From positions 1-63,664 of the forward strand of contig JAUCBJ010003687.1 in the NCBI GenBank assembly GCA_032718475.1: DNA of 63,664 nt. The letters run 5' to 3'. This stretch comes from Nemertoderma westbladi. Its lineage: Eukaryota; Animalia; Xenacoelomorpha. Numbering within the stretch: position 1 is the stretch's first letter; each line of letters begins with the position of its first letter. Below, piece after piece: positions 1-13,595 of the stretch. Below the pieces are notes generated by a model. That model saw nothing but the letters and a program-made list of their open reading frames with translations, was not told the origin of the DNA and did no database searches. The translations under genes were made by a program, and so were the position numbers.

Positions 1-5
1 AATAA

Positions 6-815
6 CTTCGATTTACTCGCCCGGGTTTCTCGGCTAACCTCGCAGCGCTGCGTCTAGTTGCATCCCCAGTCGACCTTGCTAGGTTAAATTCCCTGGACCA
101 CCCAGTTGCCGGATGCTGGCTCAGTGCTCTACCCATCTCGTCGTTGGGACTCAAGCTGGATGACAGCCAGTTCCGCATCGCCGTTGCCATGCGGCTGGGA
201 AGTAAGGTAGTCGAGCCGCATACCTGTCGCTGTGGTAGCCTGGTAGCTGCTGATGGTCTCCATGGTATCTGCTGCCAGAGGAGCGCTGGCCGGCATCCCC
301 GCCACGCTATGTTGAACGATATAGTAAGGCGGGCGCTGGTCACCTGCGGGGTGTCCCCCATCCTTGAGCCCCCAGGTCTCTGTCGGAGCGATGGTAAGAG
401 GGTTGACGGGGTTACAGTGATGCCTTGGAACCGCGGCCGCTCATTGGCCTGGGACGCAACCCTAACGGATCCCCTCGCCCCGAGTCATCTCCAGCAGACC
501 CTCATCGCTGGTGGCCGTGCTGCTGAGGAGGCTGAGCGGGTGAAGATTAGGAAGTATAGCGAGTTGGTAGAGCATGGTCGCTGCTACTTCAGTCCCGTGG
601 CCTTTGAGACCTTTGGTCGACCCGGACCCGAGACTGCCAGCTTCCTCCAGGAAGTCAGGGCGCGTCTTCATGCTCGGACCCATGAGCAACGGTCGCACCA
701 GTTTTTGCTGCAACGCTTGGCGGTGGCAATTCTCATGGGAAACGCGGCGTCGGTGGTGGGAACCATGGACACACCCTTCCACTACATCGGACTGTTTGAT
801 GGGGTTGATGGGTGA
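6..815 (+). mobile_element. 5'-truncated CRE-clade non-LTR retrotransposon, C-terminal zinc finger plus restriction-like endonuclease (RLE)
   Basis: The frame is open from 6 to 815. It reads ARL..AGCWLSALPISSLGLKL, a CCHC finger (CRCG..DGLHGICC), RHAMLND, EPPGL..DGKRVDG..PW..G..LAWDAT, AEEAERVKIRKY and PVAFETFG. This is the typical CRE/RLE motif order. Confidence 0.85.
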
Positions 816-1423
816 TGGTGACTGTAACACAAGCGCCTGGCACCGCACCGCGTCAGGAAAAACAACTTATTAATACTCGCAATTGAATAATCTAAATTTA
901 AATTTTCCACTCTATAATCCAATTGATTTTTCTTATGTTTCTCTGTCAATATGCAAATATTCAAATTGATTGTGTTTTATACATATACATATATCTATAC
1001 ATTATTTATTTATTATAGAATTCATTTTTAAATTATAATAAGAAATAAATAGGGAGAAGTGTCAAATTTGTTGTTAGCTATAAAAATAAAACATATTTTT
1101 GTAGCTAAAACTGCCAGGTGGTAGAAATCCAGTAGCTTATTGATGTTTTATTAAGCTTCAAAACTTAGATTACTTTGGATTATATTGTGGATTCGCACTT
1201 TTTCGATTGCAATTATTTTTATACAAGTTAAACTATTGAATTCCAATTGATAGTTGATAGTTAGTCCATGTAGCTGTAATGGATGACGTAGTAAAAATAT
1301 CTTCAGCTGCCATCCCAATCCATCAATACAATCAGCATTAATCAGAATTTAGTTGAAGTATAACTATAATTTACATTTTTTAATTATCTATTTTTTCACA
1401 ATTTTGGGAAATATATATTTCTT

Positions 1424-1792
1424 CTAGAAGCTACTACTACTTTTCAGTAAACTTTGCATGTATATGGAATCATATGATACTTCAACTATTTTCACTTCGC
1501 CATTTATTTTAAAAGATGGATCTGCGACGCTAAACAAGCCCCATTGTTTATTGCAAAGAAGCATTTGAAGTTGGATTTGTGACATGAATTTAGCGCTTAC
1601 GATATTCGATTGTGTAAGATGCGATTTTTGAATGGCATGTTTTGATGTTGGACATTTTACTTCTACCACATGCGTTGGTGTAATGGCATCTGAAATGGCA
1701 TCAAAAAATAAGATTTTGTGGTATTTTATAAAAACACTAGCTACAATATTAAAACAGTACATACCATTGAAAACACTAGCTACCACAAACAT
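1424..1792 (-). pseudogene. Degraded YqaJ/lambda-exonuclease-like (PD-(D/E)xK) fragment, probably transposon-borne
   Basis: Motifs AISDAIT..VVEVKCP, SQIQLQM and GLFSVADP match YqaJ-type motifs (ASPDG..EIKCP..YxQxQxQM). The N-terminus is missing or degenerate. Confidence 0.6.
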
Positions 1793-2550
1793 TTGTTTTT
1801 ATTTTCTTTAAAACATTTTTTTTCACATGTAACTAGCCAAAATATGTCAAGAACATAAACCAATAGCCCAAAACATTATGTTTTGGTATTTTGATATTTT
1901 TGGATGTCAAACCAAAAACAGCTATTATGAAAGGCAGAATAATGGTGACACGGGCAACACTAGTACCAGTAACACTTTACAGTGAACTGACAAAAAAAAC
2001 TAAATAATTTCCATCTAGTGGTAATCTACCCATCCCGCATTTTTCGCTGTAAAAAACAATTAAAAAATAGATTAATGAAACGCCTGGCAGTATTTAGCTA
2101 GCTATATTTAATTTTAGCTACATACAGCTCTACGATACAGGTTTGGGCGAAATAAATATTATTCTATAATATTAACTTGATATGAATAATTTGCCTCCAT
2201 ACCGCTATCCTATAATCGATTCTTAACACAACACAAACACACATCCAAATAAATACTTAGCTACATTTATTATTTGTTTTATTTTAGATACTGCAATATT
2301 ATTATATTATACTTTATATTAGCCAATCAACTGCGCTTGACAACTGTTGCTGTGTTATGGCTGACGTCACTCGTGCAGTTTTCTGAAACGGCCTGATTTT
2401 TCGATGTTGCTAATTTTGCGTTTTAAAATTGCTATAACTCGGCAAATATTAATTTTTTTGAAGTAAAATTGCTCTCTGGGGTTTTTTTCACATGCTCTTT
2501 CACATGAAACCAACGAAAACTCGAAAAAAAAATTCCGAGTCGTCTACCCC

Positions 2551-3193
2551 ATTGGAGCATCCTCGTTAAGTAAGATACAAACTTTTATGGTAGCTAGTGT
2601 TTTAAGTAGGTTTAGCTAGTAATTTCAACACTGGTTCCGATATCCTACTTCCTTCTATAAATATTTTGTAGTAGCTAGTTCTTATTACTATTTGTATAGA
2701 AAATGTTCCAGAAGATGTTAGCTATTCATTTTTAAAAAAATTTATTTATGTTCTAGAACAAATATTTTTTATTCTAGAACACTTGTTAGAAAAAAATATG
2801 GATTCTATTTAAAACGCATGGAATCCTTCTAAAACGTGTTTAAAATTAATAAAAAATTGTGAAAAAAAATATTATGAAAAAAAATTTTGAAAAAAAATTT
2901 TGAAAAAAAATTATGAAAAATTTTTCTATTGATTTTAAACACATTTTAGAACGATTCCATGCGTTTTAAATCGAATCCAGATTTTTTTCTAAAAAATGTT
3001 ATAGAACAATTTTTTTTTAAAATTAATAGCTAACATGTTCTGGAACATTTTCTATACAAATAGTAATAAGAACTACAAAATATTTATAGAAGGAAGTAGG
3101 ATGTCGGAAACAGTGTCGAATTTACTAGCTAAACCTACCTAAAACACTAGCTACCATAAAATTTTATATCTTACTTAATGAGGATGCTTCAAT
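2551..3193. mobile_element. Foldback/MITE-like element, almost entirely palindromic (~300-bp imperfect arms)
   Basis: ATTGGAGCATCCTCGTTAAGTAAGAT...CCTACTTCCTTCTATAAATATTTTGTAG from 2551 is the reverse complement of 3070-3193. Pairing continues to an A-rich centre near 2870. Confidence 0.8.
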
Positions 3194-3962
3194 TACGTCC
3201 ATTGACCAAATTGCAGCAAATGGAAATTTATAGAACTCTCCCCCTCCCCATATCAAAATATCACATTTTGTAAAAAAATCTTGCCCCCAGTCACCGCCCC
3301 CAGTTAACTCGATGGCATGGCCTTGTATATAGTACGCCTTGGTTGTAAGGCAGCATTTTGACTTATTTTTAAAACGGTTCCCATGGTAACCATTATAATG
3401 AAAATTTTAAAATGTGCATACAAAATAGCAGCATTAGGCCTAGCATATTACTGAATTAGGAGTAGACCTACTAACCTACTGTCTGTGGTGTGGTCTGACT
3501 GTCTACAGGTCTAAGTCATGGTGCTGTATAAATTTCTGAGTTTGGAATTAACAAGCCGAATACACATTCGGACTGTATTGTTCAGTAATCAGGTAATCTC
3601 AATCGAAGCTGAAGAATAATACTGTAATAGCAGAATAGGCTAGGCCTATCTGCACTGCCTATAGTTCTGTAGTGTAGTACTGGTACCGGTAATAATCTAA
3701 TTCAGTACACAGTAATTAGAGTTAAACAATACCGGTACTGTATTGTAGCCTACATCAGTACTGCAGTACATGTCAATGTCAGCATGTATCGGTCAATCTC
3801 AATAATTGTCTATTCAATAGTGCTGAAGTGAGTTGAATGTACAATGTAGGGCCTATACCTTACCATACCTGCATACTGCCATATACTACTGTACTATACA
3901 GCTATACAGATATCTGGATATCCAATATCCCCCACCCCCCCATACTGCCATACTAACTACCC

Positions 3963-6248
3963 ATGTCGCTATCCGATGTTGACGACGACGAAGAACAATT
4001 CCATGACGCCCCCGAAGATATTCCAGTGCGTCGTTATTCTACCGACGTACCTGGGCCGTCTACCGGCTATACCAACGAAGTCTACAAACTAATAACCCAA
4101 GTTCCGGACGTGATCGTGAGCTGCAGCGCTGTAACTACAGCTGGGGACGAGCAACCACTCCCACCGCCCCGTCGGAAAACTCGCCAGAGATCGAAACCCC
4201 CTGACCCCCAGAATGTTGGTACAGAAGCGAACCAACCTCTTAGTAGTGTCGGAACCAGCAGCGAAGAAGCTGACATTATTTACTCGTTGGATGAGTTAGA
4301 CGGCCTTGGGTCGGCCCAATTAATCCACTCCAAACCTCTACCTAATCAGCAAATCGAACGCGGCAAGGAAGAGGAGAACCCATCGATAGAACTCAGCCAG
4401 TCCCCAGGGGGGTCCCCTCGTCTCTTCCCCCCACCAAGGAAACCCCCAAGAACGTTCGTCTACAAGACACCGTCGGCGAATGCGGCAGTGGAGAATCTAA
4501 CGGTTGAGTTGGAGGCTGATCTCGCACGATTGGAACCCCCGACGCAGATGCGTAAGAAACGGATGGCGCCGCCGGTACCACCACCGCCTACAGTGGAGGC
4601 GCTGAATAAAACCTCTGAGGTAGAACGCTGGTTGAGTGACTCTGTTAACCCCAAGGATGAGATCATATTGGAGGGAATCAGTCTGAAGAACCTGGACACC
4701 GGCGAGATAACCTCGTTGAATCGAGCCAACGAGCTCCCGCAGTGCTTCAACCCCCTGGACCTACAGATTCTTCAGCGGGATGTGGATGTTCCGACCATCT
4801 ATAGTGGTTCGTCCATCGTATCCACCAACTCTGACTCCGACTCGGTATCCGCTGCTAGCGAGGATTATCCTGATGCTGGGAAGAAGGGCAAAAGTAAAGC
4901 GGGTAAGGTAGGGAGGTCTATATCCCGACATCTGTCCGTCGCCATGGCCAAAGTAAAGAAACGGGATAGTCGCGCGGCCCCAGTGGCTTCAGGACCGCCG
5001 GAGTTCTACGTGGACGATGTCGCTATAAGCGGTGCGTTTAAATTCAAAGCGGCCGCTAAAACTAAAGGGCCTTACGCTTTGCAGGGGGTTCAGTTGCTGC
5101 AGGACCTGAGCGGCGAGCACACTGGGGCCATATGGTGCATCCGTTTCTCAAAGTGCAAACGTTTATTGGCCACCGCCGGCCAGGATCACATCCTACATGT
5201 GTGGGTCCTCACTGGATATCAGTTCAAAGAACTCAAACGGAACGTCGGTGCTTCTCCTTCAATGGAACTCATTAGTAAGGAGACGCTGGAAGGGAATGAT
5301 GGGACGTTGGGTGAGGATTCTCAGGACGATCTGTTGTTTGCGCAGAAACCTTTGATCGCATTGAGTGGACACACCGCGGACATTCTGGACATATCGTGGT
5401 CGCGTAACTCCTTCCTACTCAGCAGTAGTATGGACAAGACGTGTCGTTTGTGGCATCCGTCCCGGAGTGAGTGTCTCGGCTGCTTCCAGCATCCCGACTT
5501 CGTTACGGCTATCGACTTCCACCCCAAGGACGACCGATACTTCCTCAGTGGTTCCCTCGACGGTAGGATTCGGGTCTGGTTCATACCGGATAAAAAGGTC
5601 ACGCTTTGGAACAATGTCTCGGACAATGTGACCAACAAGTTGATAACAGCCGCTTCCTTCTGTATGGATGGTAAGATGGTTGTGATTGGTAGTTACCATG
5701 GCCACTGCGTGTTCTACGATACCGACAGACTCCAGTACCACACGCAGATATCTCTGAGTAAATCGAAAAAGCGCACCGCGGCCTGTAAGATTAGTGGCAT
5801 CTGCCAGGTTCCTGGGGTTCCCCATCAGATCCTTGTTACTTCTAACGACAGCCGTCTCAGAATCTACGACATAGTCGAGAAATCATTGGTATGCAAGTTT
5901 AAAGGCCACGTGAATACATCCAGTCAGATAGCCGCTGCCTTCAACCACGACGGCTCCAGTATATGTTGTGGTTCCGAGGATTGCTTCATCTACCTGTGGA
6001 AGAATGGCACCTCGGATCTCGGCAAGTTTTCCACGAGAAGGGATCGCAATGCCCTCTGGGAGTCCATCAAGGTGCACGACACGGCAGTGACCTGTGTGGC
6101 CTTTGAGTTGTGCCCCGTGCCCAACCATAAGAGCGCACCCAACCCCAAGGGGATGGAGATATTGGTTAGCGGGGATTACACCGGTGGTATTAAAGTACTA
6201 GGGCCAGTCGGCGCTCCTAGTCAAACAGTGGTAACTGATACAAACTAA
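3963..6248 (+). CDS. WDR44: WD repeat-containing protein 44 (Rab11-binding protein, rabphilin-11), intronless CDS, 761 aa
   Basis: N-terminal FFAT motif (DDDEEQFHDAPE), proline-rich middle region, LKNLDTGE motif, QDLSGEHTGAIWCIRFS..LLATAGQD, GHTADILDISWS..FLLSSSMDKT, FQHPDFVTAIDFHPKDDRYFLSGSLDG and ILVTSNDSRLRIYD. All match WDR44. Confidence 0.93.
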   Translation: MSLSDVDDDEEQFHDAPEDIPVRRYSTDVPGPSTGYTNEVYKLITQVPDVIVSCSAVTTAGDEQPLPPPRRKTRQRSKPPDPQNVGTEANQPLSSVGTSSEEADIIYSLDELDGLGSAQLIHSKPLPNQQIERGKEEENPSIELSQSPGGSPRLFPPPRKPPRTFVYKTPSANAAVENLTVELEADLARLEPPTQMRKKRMAPPVPPPPTVEALNKTSEVERWLSDSVNPKDEIILEGISLKNLDTGEITSLNRANELPQCFNPLDLQILQRDVDVPTIYSGSSIVSTNSDSDSVSAASEDYPDAGKKGKSKAGKVGRSISRHLSVAMAKVKKRDSRAAPVASGPPEFYVDDVAISGAFKFKAAAKTKGPYALQGVQLLQDLSGEHTGAIWCIRFSKCKRLLATAGQDHILHVWVLTGYQFKELKRNVGASPSMELISKETLEGNDGTLGEDSQDDLLFAQKPLIALSGHTADILDISWSRNSFLLSSSMDKTCRLWHPSRSECLGCFQHPDFVTAIDFHPKDDRYFLSGSLDGRIRVWFIPDKKVTLWNNVSDNVTNKLITAASFCMDGKMVVIGSYHGHCVFYDTDRLQYHTQISLSKSKKRTAACKISGICQVPGVPHQILVTSNDSRLRIYDIVEKSLVCKFKGHVNTSSQIAAAFNHDGSSICCGSEDCFIYLWKNGTSDLGKFSTRRDRNALWESIKVHDTAVTCVAFELCPVPNHKSAPNPKGMEILVSGDYTGGIKVLGPVGAPSQTVVTDTN

Positions 6249-7454
6249 AGGGTAATCAATTATTTATTGTGGTGTGGACCCTAGTATGATGTCCATCTTA
6301 ATTCCAAATAACCTTTCCAGTATAATAATCTTTATACTTATACAAACTATTATACATACGTTGATACAAACTGTAACTGGAACATACCAGTCGGTAACTA
6401 CAATAATTTACAACATATCTAGCTCTGTTTTGTAATAATTTTGTTTTCTGGGACATTGGGAGTGGCAGGTTTTTGTTATTTATAAACTGTTTTATTGTTC
6501 ACCAAATTAGTTTTCTATCTACTAAGTGTATTACGTGCCGTTTATACAATTTTCAGAAGTCAATTCCTAATCTTGGGATCTAAGGTGAATGAAGACTGAG
6601 TTTTTATAAAACTGAGGCAGGGTAGTTTGTAGCCTAATTAATAATTCGTCGAAACACTGTCGTTTTGATGTATTTCTTACACGTATTTGTATATCAATCG
6701 CTCCTATGAACGATTGAATACTGTTAAACCTGTCAAACATACGAACTAAAATATGTATATTTAAACCTGGGATTATAGGTATAAGGGTTTAAGAATGCCA
6801 GCAGTTAGTTACCAATTCTAGAATGTTAATTTATTGTAATTCGTGACTTAAAATAATTTTGTATTTGGTGCTATGATTTATTTGCAATACAATCCAATAA
6901 TAATAGCGCACATCATTTATATTATTGAATTGTCTTAGTTATTTGTGATTGTGACATAAATAAGAGCACTAATATGCTCCCCATTCCTGTTAACACCCCC
7001 CACGCCCACCCCTCCCTCCCCACCCTCAATGCTGTGTTGCCTCCTGTTACGCACCACGGCCCTTTCATTTCAAACCCAGAATGTCAAATTTTGCAGAATA
7101 TCAAGTTTTAAATATCATTCGACTCAGGAAACTGTTCTGCGTCAGTCTATAAAATTTCTAAACAGTTGAAGAAGGGGAAATGGGTTTTTGAAATTACCAA
7201 AACCGTGTAAATCTCAACCATTTTTATCACATGCGACAATCCACGTCAACGATAGTCCAAATATTATTATAAACATAAATATTAGTGCGCCACCCCCACA
7301 ATATTGGCAACGAACAAAACAATATCATAATTACACAATATTAATCTACACAATATCAATCTCACGGTTACTATTTGTTCTGTATTAAAAATTAAATGAA
7401 TGCAACTTGTGTGTAGTAGTAGGGTGTTCAAGTACCCTCAAGTATACAACATAG

Positions 7455-9874
7455 TTATTTATCCAGTAGAACATTTTTTCCTGAACCTTTATCAACAACT
7501 TGTGTGAAGTATTGAGCAGGTAGGATACCATTGTGATCTCCTGGACACAGAATGACTCCGTTACGTGATTGGCTAAACTTGTATCCATCGGCCATTGCCC
7601 TGGCCAGGTCTATGTATATGTGAACTAATAAGTAAAGTATACATAGCAACAATCTCCGAAAGAAATACAAGTAAAATTAAGAACTTGTATCTCTGAATCT
7701 TTATTGATTCATTATATCCCTGTTCTTATTCTTGGCTCAGCCACTAAAAAGAGAGGACAGGGAATGTCTATATTTATTCCTATAATGTTAAAATTATTAT
7801 TTTCCATTGGGTCAATGGTTTTAAGACCTGTTTCAAAAAGTTAATTTAAAATTAAATTTAAAATTAAAAACGTAACAACTGTCACTCCTGGTGTAATAAA
7901 CTATGGCATACTTATATGGCATACTTATATGGCATACTTTTAGTATTTTTATTCGAACATTCTATATTATTTATTGGGGTGGGCACTACTCCATCCCTTG
8001 TTTTGCTACCAGTAATTCAACTGGTCCTCATTTTATCGACCCCCATGGTATGAGGGGTTGAGTAGACCTTGGCAGGGCTCGAATCTACAAACAATAGATT
8101 GCAGACCCGCCGGCGCTCCACCAACTGAACTACCCCGCCTTTCAATTCCCCTATAAGGCGCGATTTAATTGCGCAATTATTACGCTTTTTGCAGTTGTTA
8201 GTTTTTTGGAAATTGCTGCTATCTACTTTTAGCTGATGTTCTCATTCCACTTATAACGGAGTCATCACCGGGGGTCCCTTTAGCAAAGTGAATATGTTGT
8301 CTTGACATCCTTGATAATCCTACAAAACATTTGAGTAGTAATTAATTAAATGGGAATTGTTCCCAGAATTGTACAATTCTGGGTGAATGATGTGCGTACG
8401 AATGTGAATGTAAAGTACATTATGATGGTAAATGATGAGAGCTACATATTATTTATACCTTTGGTTTTAATGGCCTGCCATGCTTGGTAATTAGTTCCAT
8501 GAACGACCACAGGACACAGGGATGGATCTGTGACGTCATCCAACTCTGCATCCAATCCATCCATTGCTAATGTATGGCCTTGGTTTGCGCATATTTCTAA
8601 TTCAGCTCCTTCTGTTCTCAGATTAAATCTACAGTAGAAAATGCGAAATTAAGAACAAAAATACAAAATTGTTGCATCTGAGGTCACAAAAAGCATCTTA
8701 TGTTCTAAACATACCAACCAGCGTCGTAGCGTGATTTGTAGATCACCTCAGTTTGCTTTATGTATAAATTAATTGTCTTATTATCGATTTACTTATATAG
8801 TCAATTGCTTGTAGCTTGAAATAATTAAAATTGTGGAGATCTACAGAAATAAATGCCATCGATCAATCAAATATTTCAAACCAACCCAGAGCCAAGACAT
8901 CTTGCTAAGTTACTGTGTCCCTGCATGCCTACCCGCACCGCATAGTAAATAAATTAATTAGATTGAGCTAAAATGCAACTGTAAAACATTCAAAGATATT
9001 TTAATTTGATTTTGCGAATAAATGTCAAAAACGAGGAAGCACATCACCGGGGTTTGAACCAGCGATATACGCTTTTCAGCCTTATTGGGCTTCACCTGTA
9101 GCACTAACTAGTCTAACTCTAACTAGCCATTTTCGACCGACACTTCCTTCCTTATTTAATCCACTTCTGTTGCTTTCAATTTCCGCCTAGTTACAGTAAC
9201 ATAGATGCGTCCTACGCGACGCTAGGCTGACGCGTAGAAAAGGAAATAAAGACAAGAGGTGAATACGTCGGCTAGACCTCCTTGGGATTGTCAGCACGCG
9301 TCGCCTTGCATTATGCAGATGTTACCCCACATACGCCACAGTAGGTACCGTCGCCGTTCTATTTGGTGATACGGTATCACTAGGTCAGACAGACCTTGTC
9401 ATTGACTGCACCTCATTGACAGCTTTTTCCACGGTTGTTATAAAATTACGGTAATAATTTCTAAGTTAAATTACCTACTCAATGACGTGATATCGAGGCG
9501 AGTGCAGATAGTAGTACCGTTAGTATAGTTGCTGTGTAAACTAGATTATACGACACGACATTCAGACATGAAGGAAGTAAATAAAGTAACCAACGGTATG
9601 TTCTATTTCTATCTATACTCAATCATTCTCAACCTTCTTACCTTTGCTTGTCATTGTTTGCTACAACCCGCTGAACATCAACTACTGTGAACGTTTTAAA
9701 CTGTTCCAACGCCAGTACTTCATTAACTGACACGTATCCGCCCGGTTTTACGGCGAGATTGCACTGCGCAGCACCGTGTCTGAGGATCCAGGATAAACTC
9801 TTGGACAATCTAATATCAGCTGATTGGGACAAAGGCCCCGAGAAGCGCAAGCGCTGCCCTCTATGACGAGACAT
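7455..9874 (-). CDS. TRPT1: tRNA 2'-phosphotransferase 1 (Tpt1/KptA family); exons 9874-9642, 8628-8459, 8319-8227, 7624-7455; 221 aa
   Basis: Spliced by hand at GT-AG sites to a 666-nt in-frame CDS. It reads [68 protein letters not shown]. The Arg-His-Arg-Arg catalytic residues are present. Confidence 0.93.
7972..8139 (-). mobile_element. tRNA-derived SINE with Meta-domain-like core, in TRPT1 intron 3
   Basis: On the minus strand: tRNA-like head with A box TAGTTCAGTTGG and B box GATTCGAGCCC, then AGGTCTACTCAACCCCTCATACCATGGGGGTCGATAAAATGAGGACCAG. The latter resembles the conserved SINE core GGTCGACTCAGCCTTTCATCC..GGGGTCGATAAAATGAGTACCAG. Confidence 0.65.
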
Positions 9875-10187
9875 GTCAAGTTTAAAAACAATACCGGTAG
9901 CAGGAAAGGCTGTAAACGCAACGCCGACATTCGTTATTACATATTAAGAACAAAAATGAAAGGTAAAAAGTAACCCGTGATCTTGAATCCGTTTATTATT
10001 TTTGTTAAAACAGCCTGCCGCACCTTAACGGAAGAATTATTAACCTTACTGCCGTATGCTGCTATGACAGAAGGATTGGACCGGTAATCTACCTACAAGA
10101 TCTACTGGCACAACTGGCCTAATCATCTAAATACCCTCCTGCCCTCTCTAATAAACAAAACCTTGCTATTCTTTACTACACTTTAAA

Positions 10188-10200
10188 TTTCCCGCCAAAA
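10188..10200. promoter_or_regulatory. Consensus E2F-binding site (TTTCCCGCCAAAA) ~315 bp upstream of the TRPT1 start codon
   Basis: Perfect TTTSSCGC match with the extended TTTTGGCGGGAAA flank, located in the putative TRPT1 promoter. Function is untested. Confidence 0.4.
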
Positions 10201-11039
10201 ACATCCACTTCCAAGTGTTAGTAGGATGATGGGGTTTCGTGTATTGGGTGGGATTTTACTTTATGATTTAAATTAACCAATAATTATAACTATATTTATT
10301 GTACGGTAAATAATATATGCTTTATTTACCGGTTCGTCCCGAGATCTGTTATTTACCTGAGGAAGTTCAATAAGTCAGATGGAGGGGCGAAAAGGTAAAT
10401 AACGTGTTTTATTTATCGTACAATATTTAATTTTATTGTTAAAATCATCATAATTACTGTATTATAATTATTAAAATATATTATTGTTTAATAAGTAATT
10501 TTAACATTACACCAGTCGCACTTATTGTGATTTATTGATACCAATGGAAAGGTATCGCTGCAAGGATTCCAAATTTGTAAATAACTATTAAAGTCTTTGA
10601 GAAATAGCTGAGATATGGGCAATAGGCCTTCAAAATGTGCAGGTATTTGTATCCGTTACAGCTTGCAGGGCAGGCCATTTATTATATTTAATAAATACAC
10701 AATGTTCTGGAACATATTATTTATTTGAAGATTATAAATTACTTGATGTCATTTTACTAGTCGTAGCAACTCATTAAATAAATAAAATGCCCCATAATGA
10801 TAATACAGTAGTATTTATTACAGTACAAAGTTGACTGCTTGAAGAGCAATATCCCCATTTACCTAGGTAAATAATGCAAATCATATTTACCGCTAGCCCA
10901 TTAACTGAGCGGTAAATATTGTAAATTTTAACAATTAATATTATTATTTAATTATTAGTTAACCTAAGAATTATTTTAATTGTTTAGTTATTTTAAATTA
11001 AAGAAATATAAATATTTACCTGGCCGGACGTCATTAATA

Positions 11040-13317
11040 TACCGAAATAATATATATATACATTAAATAATAATAATATACACAATAATAATATACCGAT
11101 ATAATATATATATATACTAAATAATAATAATATACACAATAATAATATACACAATAATAATATACACAATAGTAATATACACAATAATAATATACACAAT
11201 AATAATATACACAATAATAATATACACAATAATAATATACACAATAATAATATACACAATAATAATATATACACAATAATATTATACACAATAATAATAT
11301 ACACAATAATAATATATACACAATAATAATATATACACAATAATATTATACACAATAATAATATACACAATAATAATATATACACAATAATAATATATAC
11401 ACAATAATAATATACACAATAATAATATACACAATACTAATATACACAATAATAATATACACAATAATAATATGCACAATAATAATATACACAATAATAA
11501 TATATACACAATAATAATATACACAATAATAATATACACAATAATAATATACACAATAATAATATACACAATAATAATATACACAATAATAATATACACA
11601 ATAATAATATACACAATAATAATATACACAATAATAATATACACAATAATAATATACACAATAATAATATATACACAATAATAATATATACACAATAATA
11701 ATATACACAATAATAATATACACAATAATAATATACACAATAATAATATACACAATAATAATATACACAATAATAATATACACAATAATAATATACACAA
11801 TAATAATATACACAATAATAATATACACAATAATAATATACACTATAATAATATATACAAAATAATAATATATACACAATAATAATATACACAATAATAA
11901 TATACACAATAATAATATATACACAATAATAATATACACAATAATAATATACACAATAATAATATACACAATAATAATATACACAATAATAATATATACA
12001 AAATAATAATATATACACAATAATAATATACACAATAATAATATACACAATAATAATATATACACAATAATAATATACACAATAATAATATACACAATAA
12101 TAATATACACAATAATAATATACACAATAATAATATACACAATAATAATATATACACAATAATAATATATACACAATAATAATATACACAATAATAATAT
12201 ACACAATAATAATATACACAATAATAATATACACAATAATAATATATACAAAATAATAATATATGCACAATAATAATATATACACAATAATAATATACAC
12301 AATAATAATATACACAATAATAATATATACACAATAATAATATACACAATAATAATATACACAATAATAATATACACAATAATAATATATACACAATAAT
12401 AATATATACACAATAATAATATACACAATAATAATATACACAATAATAATATACACAATAATAATATACACAATAATAATATACGCAATAATAATATATA
12501 CACAATAATAATATATACACAATAATAATATACACAATAATAATATACACAATAATAATATACACAATAATAATATATACACAATAATAATATATACACA
12601 ATAATAATATACACAATAATAATATACACAATAATAATATACACAATAATAATATACACAATAATAATATATACAAAATAATAATATATACACAATAATA
12701 ATATATACACAATAATAATATACACAATAATAATATACACAATAATAATATATACACAATAATAATATACACAATAATAATATACACAATAATAATATAC
12801 ACAATAATAATATACACAATAATAATATACACAATATTAATATACACAATAATAATATACACAATAATAATATATACACAATAATAATATACACAATAAT
12901 AATATACACAATATTAATATACACAATAATAATATACACAATAATAATATACACAATAATAATATACACAATAATAATATACACAATAATAATATACACA
13001 ATAATAATATACACAATAATAATATATACACAATAATAATATACACAATAATAATATATACGAAATAATAATATATACACAATATTAATATATACACAAT
13101 AATAATATACACAATAATAATATACACAATAATAATATACACAATAATAATATACACAATATTAATATACACAATAATAATATACACAATAATAATATAT
13201 ACACAATAATAATATACACAATAATAATATACACAATATTAATATACACAATAATAATATACACAATAATAATATATACACAATAATAATATATACACAA
13301 TAATAATATACAATATA
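11040..13317. repeat. AT-rich minisatellite, 15-bp unit ACAATAATAATATAC with 17-bp (+AT) variants
   Basis: Direct tandem array of ~2.3 kb. It generates the spurious CILLL/VYIII/YYYCV ORFs. Confidence 0.97.
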
Positions 13318-13595
13318 AGCATTCAAAGCTCAGCATGCAATGCATGGTAAGCGGACGGTTGCGAGGCTGTTTTCTCCTCCAAATGGAGGCTTTCTCATGA
13401 ACCTAAAGTAGACGGAGACAAAAGAGATTTCAGTTTGAAACGGATTTTCATTTTGCATATGAATACTTCACAACCGTCAGGTGTTTAATCTTCTTGAAAG
13501 ACAAAATAATACATCGCAGTAAAGTTGAAAGCGTAGCTAATAAGTAATCTCAAGCTTTTTGCCAAATTTGCCATAAACAATCTGATATCTTGCAG

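Noticed and set aside
4082-6128. Antisense and alternative-frame ORFs over WDR44 (and similarly over gag and the E2F repeat exon)
   Set aside because: Shadow ORFs of GC-richer coding sequence with no recognisable motifs.
8570-8600. TRPT1 ICANQGH instead of the common IRANQGH
   Set aside because: This position is not one of the four essential Tpt1 catalytic residues, which are intact.
9040-9130. tRNA-like B boxes at ~9050 (-) and ~51107 (+)
   Set aside because: No cloverleaf can be folded; at most decayed SINE heads.
10993-13345. Cys/Tyr/Ile-rich ORFs
   Set aside because: Artefacts of the 15-bp AT-rich minisatellite.
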